From: Haplodiscus bocki
Taxonomy: Eukaryota
Direction of reading: 5' to 3'
DNA length: 64,000 nt
NCBI GenBank assembly: GCA_965655095.1
Contig: OZ296649.1
Location: 15,996,001-16,060,000, forward strand
Shown here: one piece after another, positions 50,465 through 62,557 of the stretch
Position numbering within the stretch: the first letter of the stretch is position 1
How the letters are laid out: each line of letters begins with the position of its first letter
Made by a program: the position numbers and the translations under genes
The notes under the pieces: generated by a model
Seen by the model: the letters and a program-made list of their open reading frames with translations, nothing else
The model's database searches: none
What the model was told of the DNA's origin: nothing

Positions 50465-50895
50465 TTACGAGGGTGGCACGAAAGATCGACCACCCATTGT
50501 CTTCTTTTCAACTTTTTCTTCAGTGGGCAAGGCCCGGTTCAGAACTTTGATGAAATGCGAAGTCTGCGCCCTCATTCTGGAGTGGACGTAGGCTTTGGAA
50601 CACTTTAGATGGTAATGCAGATAGTTCCTGAAACTGAGACACAACTTGATAGCATTCATTTGTTTGGCCTGGCCAGAAATCACTTGTTGTCTCAAAGATA
50701 AGACGACATAAGCGGCTCTACTGTTGTCGAAATTGGAGAACACGTCAGCTACCTCGATCGGCGCTTTTCCGATAAACGCCCGAATGCCAGGACCTGGGAC
50801 TCTGGTTTCGGAAAATTCCTGAATGAATACTTTGCCAATCTCAAAGTCGTCATCTTCGTCAAATTTTGTGCGGTAGGTTAATTCCACTTGGTCGC
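50465..50895 (-). CDS. ARPC2: Terminal exon of Arp2/3 complex subunit 2 (p34-Arc)-like gene
   Basis: DDDFEIGKVFIQEF and FRNYLHYHLKCSKAYVHSRMRAQTSHFIKVLNRALP..EKKTMGGRSF match the ARPC2 C-terminus. Acceptor tttgtgtcacag ends at 50896. The frame is intact to the stop codon. Confidence 0.88.
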
Positions 50896-53800
50896 CTGTG
50901 ACACAAATCAATAGTTAATACTACTAGAGACGACATCATAGGAACCAAAGGTGCAAGGCTTTCAGCTATGAGTTGCATAGTTAACGCATTTTCTGAAGTG
51001 ATTTTGTTTAGCTGAAACTTTAGGTCATTTTCGCCCATACTCAATTATACTCATACATGGACCCTGGAAAATAAATCGTCTAATTTTAAATTCAGAAATC
51101 AGTCTTTTTGAACCTCCAAGATAAGTTGATTTCCTAAAGCGATGGAACAAAAAACTTAGCGGGCCCGTATCGAGAAAATAGGCTCCTGATGGGTCTCGAA
51201 TATTGAAGCAAAAATTCTCTCGATTTCGTGAAATAATTCCAAAGATGAACACGATATCCATTTTTCAAAATGAAGGCTTTTCCACAAAAAATGTAACAGC
51301 TCCCCTCTTCAAATAAAGTCAATATATTCCAAAAGTATCACGCTCTTGAACTAGACGACGGAAAAACTGAATGGCCAGATATTGAAACAAAAATGTTTGA
51401 TCCAGAGAAGTTATTGCACTTTCCGGTGAAAAGCGACCAAGATTCTACCCTTTTTGGGGGAAATATGTCGCTGTATTAGTTGAGTATAGAATAATCGCTA
51501 CATTCTGACTCACACAGCAGAGGGGCTAGATAAATTCATTCAAGAAAAAGCGATATTAGACAGCACGATATGAAAACAGTCCGAAGTCCCAAAAAAATTC
51601 ATTGCGTAAATTCATAAATCCGCAAAATTTATCAGATTTTGTAACTTCATGCCGATTCACTATGGAATAGTAACTACTGATTCGTGAGGCAAGAAAATTT
51701 TGCGCGTTTTTTTCAATAATTGGTCAAATTTAAAAAATCTAGCTCTGTATAGATTTAAAATGGATTCATAGCTGGGAGAACTGGGAGAATGACTGGCAAG
51801 GCACAAAATGCGAAAGTACTAAAAAACTCAAAACAACAAGTTTCCTATTTGATATATTAACACAACAGCAAAGCGGAACTTCGCAGCAATTTCTAATTTA
51901 TCAGTTGAGATCAAAGATCCTGAAAGACATTTGAAACCATGATCGGAGACGTGACTGACACTTAAATCAGCTGTCAAATCAAAAGTTTATTCGAAAAAAT
52001 GGAATTCTCTCACGTGCCTGTCACGGACTCTCATATGATCTGTCAATCATGTCTTTTTAGGTTACGCCATTTTGCAGCCCAACGCTCAAAAGATTTCTAC
52101 GCTAAACAACGTGAATACAACAATTTAGTACCTACACAAGTCTCATTCAAAACATTGATATGTCACATATGACCTGTTAGGACGCTGTTGTTCATTACAG
52201 ACCAACGTTTCAAAAAATAGGGCCCTGACGCGCCTCGACATGAAAGTAGAAGATTCCAAAAATTCTGTCACACTTTTAAAAAAGTCAAAGAGTCGTATCA
52301 AAAATGAACACGAGGTCAATTTTTCGAAAATGAGGCTTTTTCACTATAGATGAAAACTTGTCCCTCTTCTAAATATATTACTCATAGAATGCACAAAGAT
52401 TGCAAACACAATATCTGGTCCAGGACGTTGATTGTCGCACTTTTAGTGAACTCCCTATTCACATACCAACGTTTTGAAAAACCATTCAAAGAAATGAATG
52501 ACGAGAAGTGTCGTATGGATTTACTACTATTGATTAGCAGCCTTCAGTTGGCAGAGGGGTGGTAATTCAAAAATGAAGTTGCCATATTAACCTTTTCAGT
52601 CAATTTTAGGACACTTTTTGGAAAATTTTCAGATTTACTTCAAAATTATTACCGATCTATTTTTCAAATCAATCAAGAATGGAATAGTAGCTGAAAAGTT
52701 GATTTAAAAAGAAAAGGTGTGAAAACCCTACGAAATGTTTCTGTTAAATTACCACATTTCCATGAAATTCAGAAGAAATTAAAATTTGACACAGATCATT
52801 TTTGTCAAGAACGCTGATATGAAGCGCAAAAATCCCAAAAACTCCAAACTAGCTTATTCGGCTACATCAAAACAATCAAAAATAAAGACAATAAGAATGT
52901 AGTGCTAGACTCGCAGCAAAATCTTCTCTTGCAACAAAAACCATACCATAATCTTCAAGGATATAAAGGATCTATATTGAGTTTTTTTCACAATCAATCG
53001 ATTGTAATTTTCTTCCAGTAAAACATATTGGAGAAAACTCTTATCGCAACCAAAAATGAGTGGAGAACATTGGAGTCCTTTTGTTATGTCAATGCTAAAT
53101 CTGGTAATTTCAGTCCAGGATATACGACTCAAATTTCACAAAAAATTTTTCAAATAGCCCGACCTTGGTAATTTTCCGTTTAGAGAAGCCTGAAAAATTT
53201 TCTGATCACAAGCGAATATTCGTAGGTAAAGAATTGAATTCTCTTCACGATGCTACTTTAAAATCTGGGTCACTTTTAGACTTAGCTTCCGCAACATAGA
53301 ATTGAAATATGACAAAAAAAAGATCAAAATAGTCCAAATAGCTCGACTCACAAGTTTCTATTGCGAAAAAACCCATCGAACAGTTTCGTGACCTCAACTA
53401 ATTGTACTAGAGAATCAATAGGTGTCATTTTGTTTGGCCGTGTAAAATCTGCGTGGATCTTGCATTTGCCTTCCAGTATAATTGAAGTTACTATAATTTT
53501 CAGAACAGGTCGATTTTCGATATTTATCCGCAAAAAAAACTTTCAGCCCGCAACCAAAAAAAAACATCTGCTAGATTGGACCCTTCCTCTTGTTGCTATA
53601 CAAAACTGAAGTAATTCGACAAATTAGCCGTAAACATTTTTTAAAACTCAATAAGGCAAAAAAGATCGGTTTCCAAAATCCCTCAGGAAAAAACCTATCG
53701 ATGACACACACAATCGCAACCAAACTTTGCTACGTGACAAAAAAATGTCTCTTCTTGATCCGTGTGCAAAAACTAAGCGATTGAGAGGCCCATAATCGTA

Positions 53801-55834
53801 AACAAACGACTCCACTGTCGGCGCCAAAACTCAACAATTTAGCTATGGAAAATGGACACTTTTGAAGCTGTTGGAAACATACGTTTCATCAGAAAACCAC
53901 TTGTTGAAACCAAGAAGAGCCTTTAGCATGAATTTCGATTAAATAAACCTCACAAGCGAAGAAAAACGCATATTGGGTGCATTAACAGAGATGAAAGACA
54001 TACCTTAGCTTATAACCCCAAGTTGACCCTTCAAGTGATTCTGAAATTTTCAAAGTGATGCTACCTCACCATTTTCGTTCTTTTGCGCCATATTCTGCAG
54101 ATATAAAAGCGAAAGTTTCCTCTCAAATGGGCCATTTCCGACGTCTTTTTTACCCGATGTTTGCCAATTGCGTTCACGCCACATCGGCAAGTTTGTTCAC
54201 GCTGATGAACGTGAGAATAGTTTTTGACCAAATTGTAGTAAATTTGCCGTAGAATGCGACTGAAATAGTAAGATTTGTCAAAAAGTTCCAAATTTGGGTC
54301 TTTTTTGACAAAATAAAGTTTCTTCGAAAAAAACTTGAATTTTTTCCAAAGCCCTAAATGTGGCAAATTTGCTGTAGAAAGAGTATCAAATGGAATTATT
54401 TCCTAAAAGTGTCATTTCCGCCCTAATTATGAGGTTTTTTTTTGAACAAATAGTCAGAAAACTTTGAACGTGGGGAAAAAAAGAAAGGTGATGAAGAAAG
54501 TGTTTTTTCGAAAAAAAAAACGTTCCCATCTGTTTAAAAGCCTTCTTTACAGAAACGGGAAGGCGCAAAATATGCCGCTGGTAGCCGGCCGTCTTGTTAT
54601 GTATCCTCCTAAATTGGCCCAGTGACCCTACATATCAAGTATTAGCCACGTCCCAGAAAAAAAATATTTTCCACGCCGTAGGACCCTCTTCTTAGCTGAA
54701 AGTTTAACATGTTAGGAGTTTGAACTTGTCTGGACGTTATAAGAGATTCAAAAATGATGTCAATACTAAAGTGTTCCATATATGCAGTAGATTACCTAAG
54801 ACGGGTTTTGAGACGTTTAGCTCCACGACGGGACATTTGTAATAATGCGAAATAGTCGTTATTTCACCACAAAATTAGCCTAATTTTCCTATTTTTACCA
54901 TAAATCCCATATAAACTGCAAGTTTCTAACATAGTTTTGCTTCACCGATAAATTCAAATCAATAGATTACAAAAATTGATCATGGTTCAATTGTTTGACA
55001 GGTTTGACTTTGGTTCAAATTTTAACTTGACAAAAACGGGAAGGTTTCACACGTTTGGAGTCAAATTTGTTGTTTTATATCGCTTCATTTGACTTCCTGT
55101 TATTTCAGCCTTCAAAAACACCAAACTCCTTTCAACCCAAATACTGCAAGTGCTTTGGATTGAATTTATTCAAATTCCTTTTTTAAAAATCGATGTTTTT
55201 CTGCAAATTAGATATATGGCCAGTTTTCGTTAATTCTGATTAATCTGCTCATAAGTTTCATGACCATACATGAGAATCAGTCCTTTCAATGATGTTGTTT
55301 GTTACGTAAACAATGTCTTCTAATAGTTATTCAGACGGATTGGAATACAAGCTAGAGTCAGATTGTTATCAATTGGATATTTTCATGTTCGTTTCTTCAT
55401 AGTCGAGCGTTAAAAAATCTTAGTGAAAGCCGAGACTATTATCTCAGCATCGCCAGTTCCAAGAAATATAAAAAGAGGAATTTCTCAACTTAGGAAAATC
55501 ATGACTTGAGTTCTATTCAAAGACACCTGTGTCCCACTAACTTTGTTCTCTTTTCATTAGTAGAAAGTAGAGAGAACCAGGGACCAGCATAAGTCCCTCG
55601 GTATGCGAAAGAACATAGTCTCCTCTTTAAACCTGATCAAAATTTAGGCGCTTTGGAGCCAGAAATTGAACAACCATAGCTATTTTGAAGGGGTCAGAGA
55701 ACGACAAAAAATGCGGATTAAACACAAAACTACATAGCTCAGTTAACTTCAAACTTTTATACAAGTGTAGTGAGTACGAATGGCTCTTTACAAGCATTTA
55801 TAAGTAAAAAGTAAATAAAAACACTGATTTTTAA

Positions 55835-56212
55835 GCGACAATGGCATTGTCAAAAGATCATTCGACTACGGCGCGAACGGTCCCAGGTTCGAGTCTGGAC
55901 CACTTCCGCCTTTTTTGTTGAAACCTTGGGACTTGTGTCAAATGTGACCGGATCCTAAAAAGATGAAGGCTATGTTATGACACTTTCTTGCGCAAGGGTA
56001 ATAATAAGAAATTTTCCAACTCACCTTAACGCTCAGCCTTGCTCATTCGGTCAATCCCGCCGGCGTTTGCGAAAAAAGAAAATGTAAAATCTACAGGCAT
56101 TAGGACAACCTTAACGACTTAACACTTAGGATAAACCGGCTGCAACAGACGGTCTTCCTTTCAGTCAGAAGGTGCAAAAAGATAGCTTTAGTTCAGTTTT
56201 AAATTAGTTCAG
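55835..56212 (+). mobile_element. tRNA-derived SINE-like element (Arg-ACG-like head)
   Basis: Anticodon-like arm TTCGA-CTACGGC-GCGAA and T-arm/B-box CCAG-GTTCGAGT-CTGG (55883-55898). No proper acceptor stem. The tail carries TTAGTTCAG twice. Confidence 0.5.
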
Positions 56213-56808
56213 ATTACATATAAGTAGTATAGGAAGGGGGGTTTAGAGCCACTTATGACTCTTTCCATTTTAGGACGTGCCGTTAGAGCCACTTCTTGCT
56301 CCTCAATCTTAATATGTTACCAACTCCTAGTTTAACTTTATGACAGCTCCAACAGCTCATCTAGTTCATCCTTGCGACAGCTATGACAGTTGTTTGAAAA
56401 AAAAACAAACTGAAGTACGATTGGCATATTTTGAACGATGTCAAAGAGTTTAAAGTTAAACTTCTGTTAAATATGCAAAACTAACCTGCAAGATTTGATC
56501 CACACCAAGTTTGCATGCAGGAAGCGCAAAGAATGAAAAATAAAAGTTAATTGCAACTGTGAGGAGTCGAAAAAATCGACTTCCCACAGACACCAATATG
56601 ATGTTAAACCAGATCGCAGCTAGCACAGTCCAACAACCAGAGCACGTTGTTCTCGGACGATAACCGAAACTACGGGAAGGGCAATGGAACTGTGCTAGCA
56701 ACAACGTCAATTGATTCTGAAAAAAACCATAGATACGGAAATTTCAAAATTGCATAACCTGATAAGAGATAAGTGAAATCACTGACCATTCTACTGTGAA
56801 ATTTCGCG

Positions 56809-57637
56809 ATGACAAGTGTGCTGAGAGAAGTTCCATCACAATTCCATTACTTGGTTTTCTCATCTACTGAAGAAGGCGAATGGGAAGAGCATGAAGAGCC
56901 CCCTTTGAAAATTGTTAGGTATGCGAATGAGTTTCAGCAAACAAAACTGCCCGAAAGCTTTTGTCGCTCCCTAAAAACCCTGTTAAGCAGCACACATTGC
57001 GAATATACCATACGATGCCACAACACAGGAAATTTTTCTGAAACACAAGCTGTTTGTTCGAACTTTACTGAAGAGCATTATCACACTTTCCTCTACTTGA
57101 AAGCTTTCGTGGGAGCCGAAAACTTCATGAAAGAAAGCATCAGCGAAAATATCACAAGAGCAAAACCACATTTAAAAATTCGAAACTGCTTTGTCAAGTT
57201 GTTTACAGTATCGTATCTGGAGAACTGTATAAAGAAGAGAGGCAAGTTATGGAGGCAACCGACTCTTCATACATGGCGAGAGAATGAAATCGATGTTGCA
57301 AGCTAAATCAACAAAAGACTTGGGATGCAAATTTGAAAACGTGTGGGAATTACAGCGATCTTGTTACACTGAGTTTGACGAGAATGAAGACGCCGAGAAA
57401 CTATCTTATCTGTGCAGAAAATTGGCGGAGCTGCAGAAGTCCAACGCAATTTTCAAAGATTCTGTGATTGATTTCATCAATTTGCTTCAACGTGGTTTCG
57501 GGAACATCAACATTGCTCACCACAATAATGTTCTCAAAGTGGATCTTGGATATTCCAATGCCCAGTGCCAATGTTTTGAATGCACCCAAGCTTCAGACTC
57601 TGTATTCGAGGGCAATGAGAGAATATTTCAAAGTTGA
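56809..57637 (+). CDS. Polinton hypothetical protein(s) (two overlapping ORFs, 56809-57306 and 57284-57637, perhaps one frameshifted gene)
   Basis: ORF track; same strand as the other element genes; no recognised motif. Confidence 0.45.
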
Positions 57638-57666
57638 TCCTAATTTGCTTTCTTTCATAGATTAGA

Positions 57667-58161
57667 ATGCTCAATTTGTGTAGACAATTCATTATCAATT
57701 GGAAACTGGACAAACGCAGTTGGTTTTTCGGTTACGTAGAGATCATGCGAGAGTTAGTTGATGTACAACAATTGAAAGACAATTTCGACCAAGTAAATTA
57801 TCTTTTTCCGAGAATTCCGAAAAGTAAAAACGCGTTTCTGGCAGTTTGCTACTGTCTAGATAAAAACGTAATTCTACATGATATAAACGATTTCGCTCCC
57901 TATGGCGGGCTAATAGGTCCCGGCAAAAACTACATGGATCGTTGCTTGAAATATTTCAAACTTTTCCGTATGCATGCGGTTTTTCATGACGCGTTTGGAT
58001 TCATGAAGAGTGATTTCGATTTAGGTCCGGCTTATATTTACGCAGTTACAGAAAAACCGTTGTTTGTGAATAACATGCTGCTTGGACATTTATCTGGTTT
58101 AGCGTACTGGCTTCATCTGAATTTGTTCCACGGAACACTTTACGAGCAGTTTGCATTCTAA
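57667..58161 (+). CDS. Phospholipase A2-like (parvoviral/PLA2X-type motif) protein
   Basis: YGGLIGPGKN followed about 20 residues later by HAVFHDAFG (GPG loop plus HD dyad). Confidence 0.5.
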   Translation: MLNLCRQFIINWKLDKRSWFFGYVEIMRELVDVQQLKDNFDQVNYLFPRIPKSKNAFLAVCYCLDKNVILHDINDFAPYGGLIGPGKNYMDRCLKYFKLFRMHAVFHDAFGFMKSDFDLGPAYIYAVTEKPLFVNNMLLGHLSGLAYWLHLNLFHGTLYEQFAF

Positions 58162-58185
58162 TCATTACAAAAATAGGCGAGCTCG

Positions 58186-59310
58186 ATGTCAGTTGCACTG
58201 GAGTTGCCTGCGATTACCATCTCATTACCTATTTCCGAGAGAGTCTTGCTGAAGGGTTCTCTTTCAACGCCAAATCCCAAAATTTTGATAGAGCAAAATA
58301 GCAATGGTAAGCAATCGAAAATTCGTCTGACCTCAACTGAGCTAGCAAGACTAAACCAAACAATTCAAATCCTATTCAACTTATACGCACGCATTCAAAA
58401 ACCACTTATCACAATGAAAAAAGATACTACGAGCTTAGCTTCCGAAGTGACTGAGGAATCAACAATCAAGCCTGTAGCCGTAGACTTGGCAGATCACGTA
58501 AACCTAAAAGATTTCATCTTTGATGGTAATGAAACAGAAAGACCTCCATTTCAGTTCAATTGCGGCTGCTGTTCGGACAAAATTGAATGTAACCGCTCAC
58601 CGCTCCTTTTTAGTACTGTTCTTTCAATACTTCATGAATGCTTCATTTCCATTGTAGGACCGTGTGGGAGCGGCAAAACACAATTAGTATCGAATATGTT
58701 GAAGAATCAAAGCAAAATTTTCCAACCATGTTTTGATAAAATTGTTTACCAATACAATCATTACCAGAAACATTTCGACATCCTCTTGGTCAACTGTGCC
58801 AGTCAAAAGTATTCCATTGAGTTTCATCAGGGCCTTAACTGGTCAGCAGTTGAAAAATGCGAAGCTCGAAAACTGAGAACACTTGTGGTGATTGACGATT
58901 TGTATCAACAAGCCTGCGAAGATGAATACCTTCTAAACTTGGTAATTGCGAGAAGACATCGAAATATTCAGTTGATTGCAGTGAAGCACAATCTTTTCCA
59001 ACAATCAAAGCATTCAAAAACAATCGAATTGAATGTTACAGAGATGATTTTGTTCAAGAGCCCCCGTGACCTGGAACAGATAGGAGTGCTCGGCCGACAG
59101 ATGGGAGACCGACAACTACAAATCGACGCAAATAAAAAGGCAACACAGGCCCCTTTCGATCATTTGATGATTGATTTTGATTCGCACACGGATGCCAAAA
59201 TAAAATTCTGCTCCAACTGCTCGGGAACTGGACCATCAGTTTTCTTTGTATCATCAAGCAATACCGGAGAAAACTTGACCAATGAGTCAACAAGAGCTTT
59301 ATATGCTTGA
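58186..59310 (+). CDS. A32/FtsK-like genome packaging ATPase with long N-terminal extension
   Basis: Walker A GPCGSGKT, Walker B LVVIDD, and RHRNI and FKSPRD motifs typical of Polinton ATPases. Confidence 0.9.
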   Translation: MSVALELPAITISLPISERVLLKGSLSTPNPKILIEQNSNGKQSKIRLTSTELARLNQTIQILFNLYARIQKPLITMKKDTTSLASEVTEESTIKPVAVDLADHVNLKDFIFDGNETERPPFQFNCGCCSDKIECNRSPLLFSTVLSILHECFISIVGPCGSGKTQLVSNMLKNQSKIFQPCFDKIVYQYNHYQKHFDILLVNCASQKYSIEFHQGLNWSAVEKCEARKLRTLVVIDDLYQQACEDEYLLNLVIARRHRNIQLIAVKHNLFQQSKHSKTIELNVTEMILFKSPRDLEQIGVLGRQMGDRQLQIDANKKATQAPFDHLMIDFDSHTDAKIKFCSNCSGTGPSVFFVSSSNTGENLTNESTRALYA

Positions 59311-59612
59311 ATTCTTTGTTAAATTGCACCAATAGTTAGGCGTTTGTATCTTTTACATTGTCCAAAGGAAATAAAAAATTTTTCTGTAACTGTCTTTTCA
59401 ACATTGTCAGGGGGCATATTGCAATGGCTGATAATTTTTCCAAGAAAAAACTTGGGAGGCACAGAATATTGATAGAAATTTTGTGTAACAAGAAAGTGGG
59501 ATTACTGCGAAAGCGACAACTTTTGTCAGCTAGCCGTGGATTGAAACTGCTCGCTTTGATACAACCTTCGATTTCACGTCATTTAGAAATACGCCATGCC
59601 ATCGAGCGGTAG
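59303..59612 (+). pseudogene. Conserved small basic Polinton/adintovirus protein (frameshifted start)
   Basis: FCNCLFNIVRGHI...KKKLGRHR...KRQLL...GLKLLALI matches the 'CEC..N...G.....L.R.K...KR..L...GG.L..L' pattern seen downstream of Polinton ATPases. Confidence 0.6.
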
Positions 59613-60132
59613 GACAAAAGAATTCATCCTTACAACACTCGATGATAACTCATCGCTTGCAGCGGGCAAAATCTCAAATGACAAACACACTTTCGTGAAC
59701 CCCAATGACATTAGAAGTAGGAGTCCGGAAATTTGTGCAAAAAGTAACCTCGAAAACTCAATCGATACTCCTCGTGACTTCCCAAGAGCATCAGAATGTG
59801 CGCAAATGAATTTGAAAACAAGGTTCGGCAAAGCAACGAGCACTCTCTCTGACGCCAAACGAACTGAGGACGCAGCGACAGCTGTGAAGTCACAAAATGT
59901 CATTTTGGACCTTTTGTCTTGCGGGTTGAGTGGTGGCAAGGTCGAGCGAGCCCGACAAATCCTCAGAAGAATCAGCAATATTGAGCATGTTTCTATCAAC
60001 ATCATTTCTGGGAGAATCTGCCTACACGACACAGACACAGGATTGGCAAATTTAGATTTTCTTTCCGATATTCAAATACCTACTAAAAAGATTGACGATT
60101 TAAGCCTGGACTTGGTGAGACGTTTGCGTTAA
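59596..60132 (+). CDS. Conserved uncharacterised Polinton protein
   Basis: 178-aa ORF between the ATPase cluster and the integrase, containing RARQIL...SIN..GRI...NLDFL. Confidence 0.55.
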   Translation: MPSSGRTKEFILTTLDDNSSLAAGKISNDKHTFVNPNDIRSRSPEICAKSNLENSIDTPRDFPRASECAQMNLKTRFGKATSTLSDAKRTEDAATAVKSQNVILDLLSCGLSGGKVERARQILRRISNIEHVSINIISGRICLHDTDTGLANLDFLSDIQIPTKKIDDLSLDLVRRLR

Positions 60133-60330
60133 CCAGAATATCTTCTCGCAAACACTTTTGCTAAAAAAAGTGGCATCAGAAATTAAAAGTGGCTAAAACG
60201 AAAACGATGAAAGCCCATTCACATCATATCCTCGACCCAATAATGAACACGCCAAATGGCTGCGTCTACACTGAAGTGAACCACAACTGTCAAAACCATC
60301 CCAAGAAGAGGGAGGTAGTTCTAGTTCATC

Positions 60331-61549
60331 ATGGCTAAACGACGAAATGCACGCGCAAAAAAATACACTTGTGGCAACTGTCAAAAAGCTCTCGGAAAGG
60401 ATCGCGTAAACAACCCTCCATCTGGTGCAACGTTTGCGGTTGGGTTCATTACAAATGCAGTGGTTTGACAACTGTAACCGAGTACGCAAAATATAGAGGG
60501 AGGAATTTCTTGTGTTCAAAGTGTTCAAGAACGCGTCGTTTGGTTCCAGCGACTCGAGAAACGATAGCATACAGTAAGCTGCATAACATACACACGTCCT
60601 GTCAAAATCCTGCCTCTTTTGGAAGCCGGAGTTCCCTAAAGAAGCAGTCAAACGGCACCTTCAAAGAAGTTGACAATTTCCTACGAAAAAGTGAGACCTA
60701 CACAAAATTTAAACAAGCTCGCAGAAACTTCACAAGACTAAAAGTTCAAAGTTACCGACTCAACGAAATCTGGTCAATTGACTTGGCTGATACGCAGCAG
60801 CTCTCAGAATTCAATCAGGGAATAACGTTTCTTTTTGTTGCAGTGGATACACTCAGCCGATTCGTGTGGGTTGTTCCACTCAAACGAAAAACAGCAGCAG
60901 CCTGTCGACAAGCTCTGATTGACGTCATTGATGGCAATAAAAGGGGTCCACCAGTTTTGCAATCTCGGTTCTGCGGTGGATCGAGGCCTGTATCGCCAAA
61001 CCCGGAAAAAATTTGGGTAGATAAAAGCCGGGAAATTGCACGCGAATTTGCCAACTTTTGTCAACAAACGGGAATTCATCTCTATTCGACTTGTAGTGAA
61101 ATCAAATCGGTGTTTCCTGAGAGGAACATTAGATCAATCAAAGCTCTAAATTTCAAATATCTTCATGAAAACAACGCTGAAGTGTACCATGAAAAATTAC
61201 AACCATTTGTTGACATCATCAATTCTAAAATCAACCGGGTCACCAAGCTGGCGCCAAACCAGGTGAAAAAGTCTGACGAATCGTTTCTAGTATCCTTACA
61301 AAAGTCTAACGCCATCAAAAAACCAAAGTTCAAACTAGGACAACACGTTCGCATTCGGCGCAAAATAGTTCTTTTTCATCGTGGATATCGCATTCAATTT
61401 ACTGAGGAGGTATTCCAGATTGCAGCAGTAAAAACACTGAATCCTCCATTTACCCACTAAGAGATTGCAATAACCAGTTGATTCAAGGAAAATTCTACCA
61501 GAGCGAGCTAGTACAATTCGAGAAAGACAACGAGCAGAGCACACAATAA
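60331..61549 (+). pseudogene. Retroviral-like (c-integrase) DDE integrase with N-terminal PHD finger; two frameshifts
   Basis: ATG at 60331 gives MAKRRNARAKKYTCGNC, then after a shift at ~60385 WCNVCGWVHYKC...CSKC. Core motifs WSIDLAD, AVDTLSRF, WVDK.REI, ERNIRSIK. C-terminus FKLGQHVRI..RGY...TEEVF and, after a shift at ~61450, LRD...IQGKFYQSEL. Confidence 0.9.
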
Positions 61550-61567
61550 TTGGCTATAAAGTGAAAT

Positions 61568-62557
61568 ATGAGTCAACAGCAAAGTTTCACCATCAACTTA
61601 GTCTCTAACGCTTCCATGTCAACGTTTCCCGATAACACGCTTGCTAAATTCACAACCTTACTGCTACAATCCCTGGTCTTCCACGGTACATGGGAGGTTG
61701 CCTTGGTGGAGTTGTCATGGCCCGGCTTGATTGAAAACGTGACAGAAGGTCTGTTCAGCTATCAACTTAATCGAGATGATCAAAACCGTGATACATCAAC
61801 ACAAGAAACTATTGTTGAGCGGCCGCGTTTTGGTAACGGAATCGTTTCCATGTATGTTCCCAGAAAACTGCTCAAACGGAACAGTTCTACGCTTGAAGAA
61901 GAATTTTCTCCAGAGAAGTATTTTTCCATAACGAAAGGCTGTTACAGTTCGGTCAATTCTATCCTCCAATCCATGCGCGACAACCTCTGCAGCAGTGTTG
62001 GATGGGATATCAGTCAATTGCCACTTAGCTGGGACATTTGCGAAGCATCCCAGTTACTGCACCTCAAATTCAACACGACTTCAAATAAGGAAAACAAAAA
62101 AATCCGACTCAAAGCCGTTTCCGAAGATTTGGAAAACATACTCGGTTTGGAATACTTAGTTGACTATATTCAAACAAATAATGACTCCAAACAGCCTGAA
62201 GGAAGTCATGATTTGGAGGTGCCGCAAGACTGTAAAAAACCAAAAATGTTGAAAGACACGGCGAAATGAGCGAGCAAATTGGTAACTATCCTGTTGATCT
62301 AACAGCAGGATGTCACACTATGTTTGTTTATTGTGATTTGGTTCAAAACGAAATACTCGGAGACACACAAACAGCACTACTCAGGGCCGTACCACTTGGT
62401 GACAACAAAAGACAGCGAACGTTCACCAGAATTCAATGGCGTCGAGTCTTTAATTCATTCATTAACCATTGCTCTTCGAAATGAAGCAGGCGGTCTCATT
62501 CCTTTTTTGAGTCGAGGAAGAACAAACTTGACTTTGCAATTTAGACAAACAAAATAA
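61568..62557 (+). pseudogene. Minor capsid protein (penton, single jelly-roll), frameshifted
   Basis: N-terminus FTINLVSNAS..FPDNT..KFT.LL......WEVALVEL.WP; C-terminus MFVYCDLVQ...GD...LLRAVP and IALRNEAGGLIPF..G...LTLQF. Confidence 0.88.

Noticed and set aside
53348-53533. ORF containing VEVTKLFDG as the ARPC2 first exon (cf. VEVTFADFDG)
   Set aside because: The spacing and remaining sequence do not fit, and a stop follows without a clear donor; probably coincidental.
55835-55910. Functional tRNA-Arg(ACG) gene
   Set aside because: No pairing acceptor stem, a poor D-arm and an anticodon-stem mismatch; better explained as a SINE head or pseudogene.
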